Part shown: positions 47,247 to 49,945 of the stretch, piece by piece
Layout: each line of letters opens with the position of its first letter
Numbering within the stretch: the stretch's first letter is position 1
From: a virus
DNA: 49,945 nucleotides
Virus record (IMG/VR): IMGVR_UViG_3300032213_002402
Strand: one strand, 5' to 3'
Notes under the pieces: model-generated
The model's database searches: none
Told to the model about the DNA's origin: nothing
What the model saw: only the letters and a program-made list of their open reading frames with translations
Program-made: the position numbers and the translations under genes

Positions 47247-47478
47247 ACATTTTATCCCAACATTCAGGATGAATGCCGGTCTTAACTAGTTCTCGTTGAT
47301 TAGCATCTAGATACGGAAAAGCATCTTGAATAAATTCTCCGCTTTGCCAAAATGTTAAATCATTTATATCTACTATGATTATATTTTCTTCATGGCAGTA
47401 ATAGCAAGTATTGCGATAATATTCTACGTCTTTAAAATTAAGATCGTCAGAATCTTTTCGATAATCATATGCTGGCAT
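47218..47478 (-). CDS. Small protein with CxxC
   Basis: 86 aa, YYRNTCYYCHEENIII. Confidence 0.6.
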   Translation of the reverse strand: MPAYDYRKDSDDLNFKDVEYYRNTCYYCHEENIIIVDINDLTFWQSGEFIQDAFPYLDANQRELVKTGIHPECWDKMFGKDDEEDN

Positions 47479-47486
47479 AACAATCC

Positions 47487-47520
47487 TTTACTTTGTATGA
47501 AATATAAAAAGTTAAATTAA
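47487..47520 (-). promoter_or_regulatory. AT-rich motif copy 1 (candidate promoter/leader)
   Basis: + strand TTTACTTTGTATGAAATATAAAAAGTTAAATTAA; near-identical copy at about 48837-48872. Confidence 0.4.
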
Positions 47521-47522
47521 GT

Positions 47523-47615
47523 GTACTGTATACCCGTTAAGGTCGAAAGGGGCGAACTCAACGTCACATCTGGGGGACTAAACGGAGTTCTAAATCCTTA
47601 ACAGGTATACAGTAC
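47523..47615 (-). other. Structured intergenic element with 20-nt inverted repeat
   Basis: GTACTGTATACCCGTTAAGG ... CCTTAACAGGTATACAGTAC (19/20), internal GAACTC/GAGTTC. Confidence 0.6.
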
Positions 47616-47637
47616 TTGTTCTGCTTAACTTGCGGGA

Positions 47638-47979
47638 TTAAGCAGAAAGCATTACCCAAAGTTCAAATGTTTTTGTCTTATCATTGAACATTGAGCGTGA
47701 ACTAATGTAAAGATTATCTTTACGGGCACGAGCATAAAGCGAAGCTATGATAGCTGCTTTTTGCTTTGCGTTTGTGATTGGAATATCAACATGTGCCCAT
47801 TCGTTACGACGAAGCGTAAGAGCATTGTAAATATTGGTAATTACAGGATTGCGCTTACCACGGCCTACGCCTGTTGGTGGCTCACCTTTAATAAAGGTTA
47901 CAATTTTCCCTGCTTCACGAATAGCAAAACGAGCAGGGTTTTGTTCGACTTTAGTTTCATCGCTGGTTAGTATAGGCAC
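47638..47979 (-). CDS. Unknown protein
   Basis: 113 aa ORF. Confidence 0.65.
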   Translation of the reverse strand: MPILTSDETKVEQNPARFAIREAGKIVTFIKGEPPTGVGRGKRNPVITNIYNALTLRRNEWAHVDIPITNAKQKAAIIASLYARARKDNLYISSRSMFNDKTKTFELWVMLSA

Positions 47980-48030
47980 TTTAAACCTCCAAAGGTTTAT
48001 AAGGTTATTATTACGGTGTTTTTTATGAAA

Positions 48031-48804
48031 CTAAAATGGCCATTCTGGAACAGGAATAAGATTTTTGTGATGAGAAACATACTCAACACCAAATGATTCT
48101 CTATATGCAACAGCATGCCAATGAGCTAAGAATATCTTAACAGCATACCGTTGAGCTTGAGCATCAATTCTATCTTGTGGAATCTTACCTGTTTCGTAAA
48201 CAAGTTTATCAGCTTCCCAAGTCTTATCTTTAATATTAGGATTAGCTAAAGCTTCTTGAGCTAAGTCAGCATATTCACCTTGTTCATTAAGTTTAATCCG
48301 ACGCTTACGCTCATCAAGATATAAGTTACCGTAAAAAGATTTATCTCTTGATGAATATTTTACAAAGTTCTTTCCGAGATCTATGCATACTTCTTTCAAA
48401 CTATTATTATATGAAGTACGAACTTTGCCTGATTGCTTAGGAGCTAATCCAGCATAACTCCATAAATGTTCTGGAGTTCTAGACCGATCAATGTCTATAT
48501 GAGAAAGAAGTCTAGCAGTAGTCACTGGACCAATTCCTAACTGAGCAAGAGCCCATCTACCTACGGTAGTATTTTTAGAATAAGATTCTAAACTTGGGTC
48601 TATAGACTTTTCTACTTCTAGTATAACTTTTTGAAAGTGTGCTAAAAGTTCATCATCGCTTGTAGTGTGATCAATAAGATTAGAACGGAAAACTTCTAAA
48701 GTTAACCGTTGATTACGTATTTCCCAATAAGCTTTTGCCAGGACATTGGCAGTTTCTTTATCAATGTTTGAAGAGATAGATTCTATTCTATCGAAGGTTG
48801 TCAT
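48031..48804 (-). CDS. IS110/IS116-like transposase C-terminal-domain-like (HhH) protein
   Basis: LAQLGIGPVTTARLLSHIDIDRSRTPEHLWSYAGLAPKQSG; no N-terminal DEDD domain seen. Confidence 0.6.
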   Translation of the reverse strand: MTTFDRIESISSNIDKETANVLAKAYWEIRNQRLTLEVFRSNLIDHTTSDDELLAHFQKVILEVEKSIDPSLESYSKNTTVGRWALAQLGIGPVTTARLLSHIDIDRSRTPEHLWSYAGLAPKQSGKVRTSYNNSLKEVCIDLGKNFVKYSSRDKSFYGNLYLDERKRRIKLNEQGEYADLAQEALANPNIKDKTWEADKLVYETGKIPQDRIDAQAQRYAVKIFLAHWHAVAYRESFGVEYVSHHKNLIPVPEWPF

Positions 48805-48836
48805 AAAGATAGTTTCTATTAGTAGGAATATAGCAT

Positions 48837-48872
48837 TTACTTTGTATGAAAATAAAAAGATAAAATTAAATT
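48837..48872 (-). promoter_or_regulatory. AT-rich motif copy 2 (candidate promoter/leader)
   Basis: + strand TTTACTTTGTATGAAAATAAAAAGATAAAATTAAAT. Confidence 0.4.
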
Positions 48873-48907
48873 AGGTGACAGACAAATTCGAAGGTTGCCT
48901 GCCACCT
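48872..48907 (-). terminator. Hairpin, candidate terminator
   Basis: TAGGTGaCAG ... CTGcCACCTA followed on minus strand by AT-rich tract. Confidence 0.4.
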
Positions 48908-48915
48908 AAATCTAA

Positions 48916-49509
48916 TTAGTTAGATGCTTTGCACCTAGCTGCATATTCAGGTCCCCATGCACATGGATCCCAAGGATCCCAACCAGCTTTCTGATACAAT
49001 ATGTATCCTGCAGCTAAATTAGTAACTGGATCCAGCAATTGTTCTTGTGTACAGATTTTATAATCTGCACAAAGCAATTGTCTACCAGATCGTTTAGGAT
49101 CCCAGTTGACTCCATTGATTTGCAACAGTCCTGAATCGGACTTATTGGTTGCACCAGTATGGCCTGTGATATTACAGTTAGCATCAACTATAGATCCACC
49201 AATACGGTTTGGACAACCACCTGATTCGCGTAGGATAATAGTTCCTAAACGCTTCCAGGTTTTCTTTGGCCAACCAGCTTCAGCAGCTAATTGCGGAAGC
49301 CATGATATATCACCATGTTTAAACGCAATAGCTGCAGGTTTGTTAGCTGCATGTTTCATCTCTAATTGAACCAAAGGTGTAAGTTGAATTACACTAACTG
49401 GAACATTAGAGACAGGACTAGCAAGTACAAGATGACTTCCTAATCCAAGGGCAAAATATATACAAAGTATATATCCCATTATTCGCTTATTTTTACTTAA
49501 ATTACTCAT
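48916..49509 (-). CDS. Secreted/membrane-anchored lysozyme-like (SLT/Rpf-fold) protein
   Basis: TM/signal; TIILRESGGCPNRIG...GHTGATNKSDSGLLQINGVNW...LLDPVTNLAAGYILYQKAGWDPW. Confidence 0.8.
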   Translation of the reverse strand: MSNLSKNKRIMGYILCIYFALGLGSHLVLASPVSNVPVSVIQLTPLVQLEMKHAANKPAAIAFKHGDISWLPQLAAEAGWPKKTWKRLGTIILRESGGCPNRIGGSIVDANCNITGHTGATNKSDSGLLQINGVNWDPKRSGRQLLCADYKICTQEQLLDPVTNLAAGYILYQKAGWDPWDPCAWGPEYAARCKASN

Positions 49510-49782
49510 TGTTCGTTTGCTCACTTTCGTTCTGGTTTGCGAAACAATTTCATTTCGCATTAGTATAACTTGGGTGTTCAACCGAAGATTTGTGTTAGAC
49601 ACTGACGAGATGTCCATCACAGTTGGCAGGTTGCCATCTCCGACTTCACAGTATAACTGTTATGTTAGGGATTATTCCCTGCCCGCTGATTACGGGCATA
49701 TTACAAGTATAGCACAAGGTAATGTCATTTACGTAAGCGCTCAGTTATAGTCCTCCTGATAAACGGGTTGACTTAAACAAAA

Positions 49783-49867
49783 GACTCCATGATCCTAGAA
49801 CAACAGAGTAGAATAAATACTATGTAGTTGTCTTGCCTATAACAAAGCAAGTTAGAATCATGGAGTC
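49783..49867. ncRNA. Candidate structured RNA, three-way-junction-like
   Basis: Outer perfect 11-bp IR GACTCCATGAT/ATCATGGAGTC with inner pairs ACAAC/GTTGT and CTTGC/GCAAG. Confidence 0.4.
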
Positions 49868-49945
49868 GTTAAGTTCAAACAGTTATTAGATAGTACTATC
49901 TGAATTTAAAAACAGCTGCTTTTCAGCTGCATTAATTTTAAAAAG

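Overview
This 49.9 kb AT-rich window is densely coded and mostly on the minus strand. It looks like an accessory element, probably a large actinobacterial virus or plasmid-like element. That attribution is inference: it rests on two WhiB-family genes, at least six tRNA genes, a helicase, an SSB, a UDG-like gene, a muralytic-like gene and many small ORFs. I recognised no terminase, portal or capsid gene. The headline observation is a minus-strand block (about 21.3-32.8 kb) that appears to encode a ubiquitin-like conjugation/deconjugation system. Its parts are a small beta-grasp-like protein ending in Gly, a ThiF/E1-like adenylyltransferase, a JAB/JAMM isopeptidase with an intact HxHx7SxxD motif, a Cdc48/FtsH-type AAA+ ATPase, and three divergent proteins sharing an E2-like motif with an invariant Cys. 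One of those three carries a long Cys-rich (RING/treble-clef-like) C-terminus. An HslV/proteasome-beta-like Ntn hydrolase lies about 5 kb further down the same strand. Separately, 9.3-15.2 kb carries a metabolic cassette: a diiron ferritin-like oxygenase, a Tat-exported family 5 solute-binding protein, an ACP, a KAS-II ketosynthase and two 2OG-Fe(II) oxygenase-like proteins. Two structured intergenic elements, each followed by a shared ~30 nt AT-rich motif, and a three-way-junction-like RNA candidate lie in the last 2.5 kb. All family calls are from motif recognition by eye; no searches were run.
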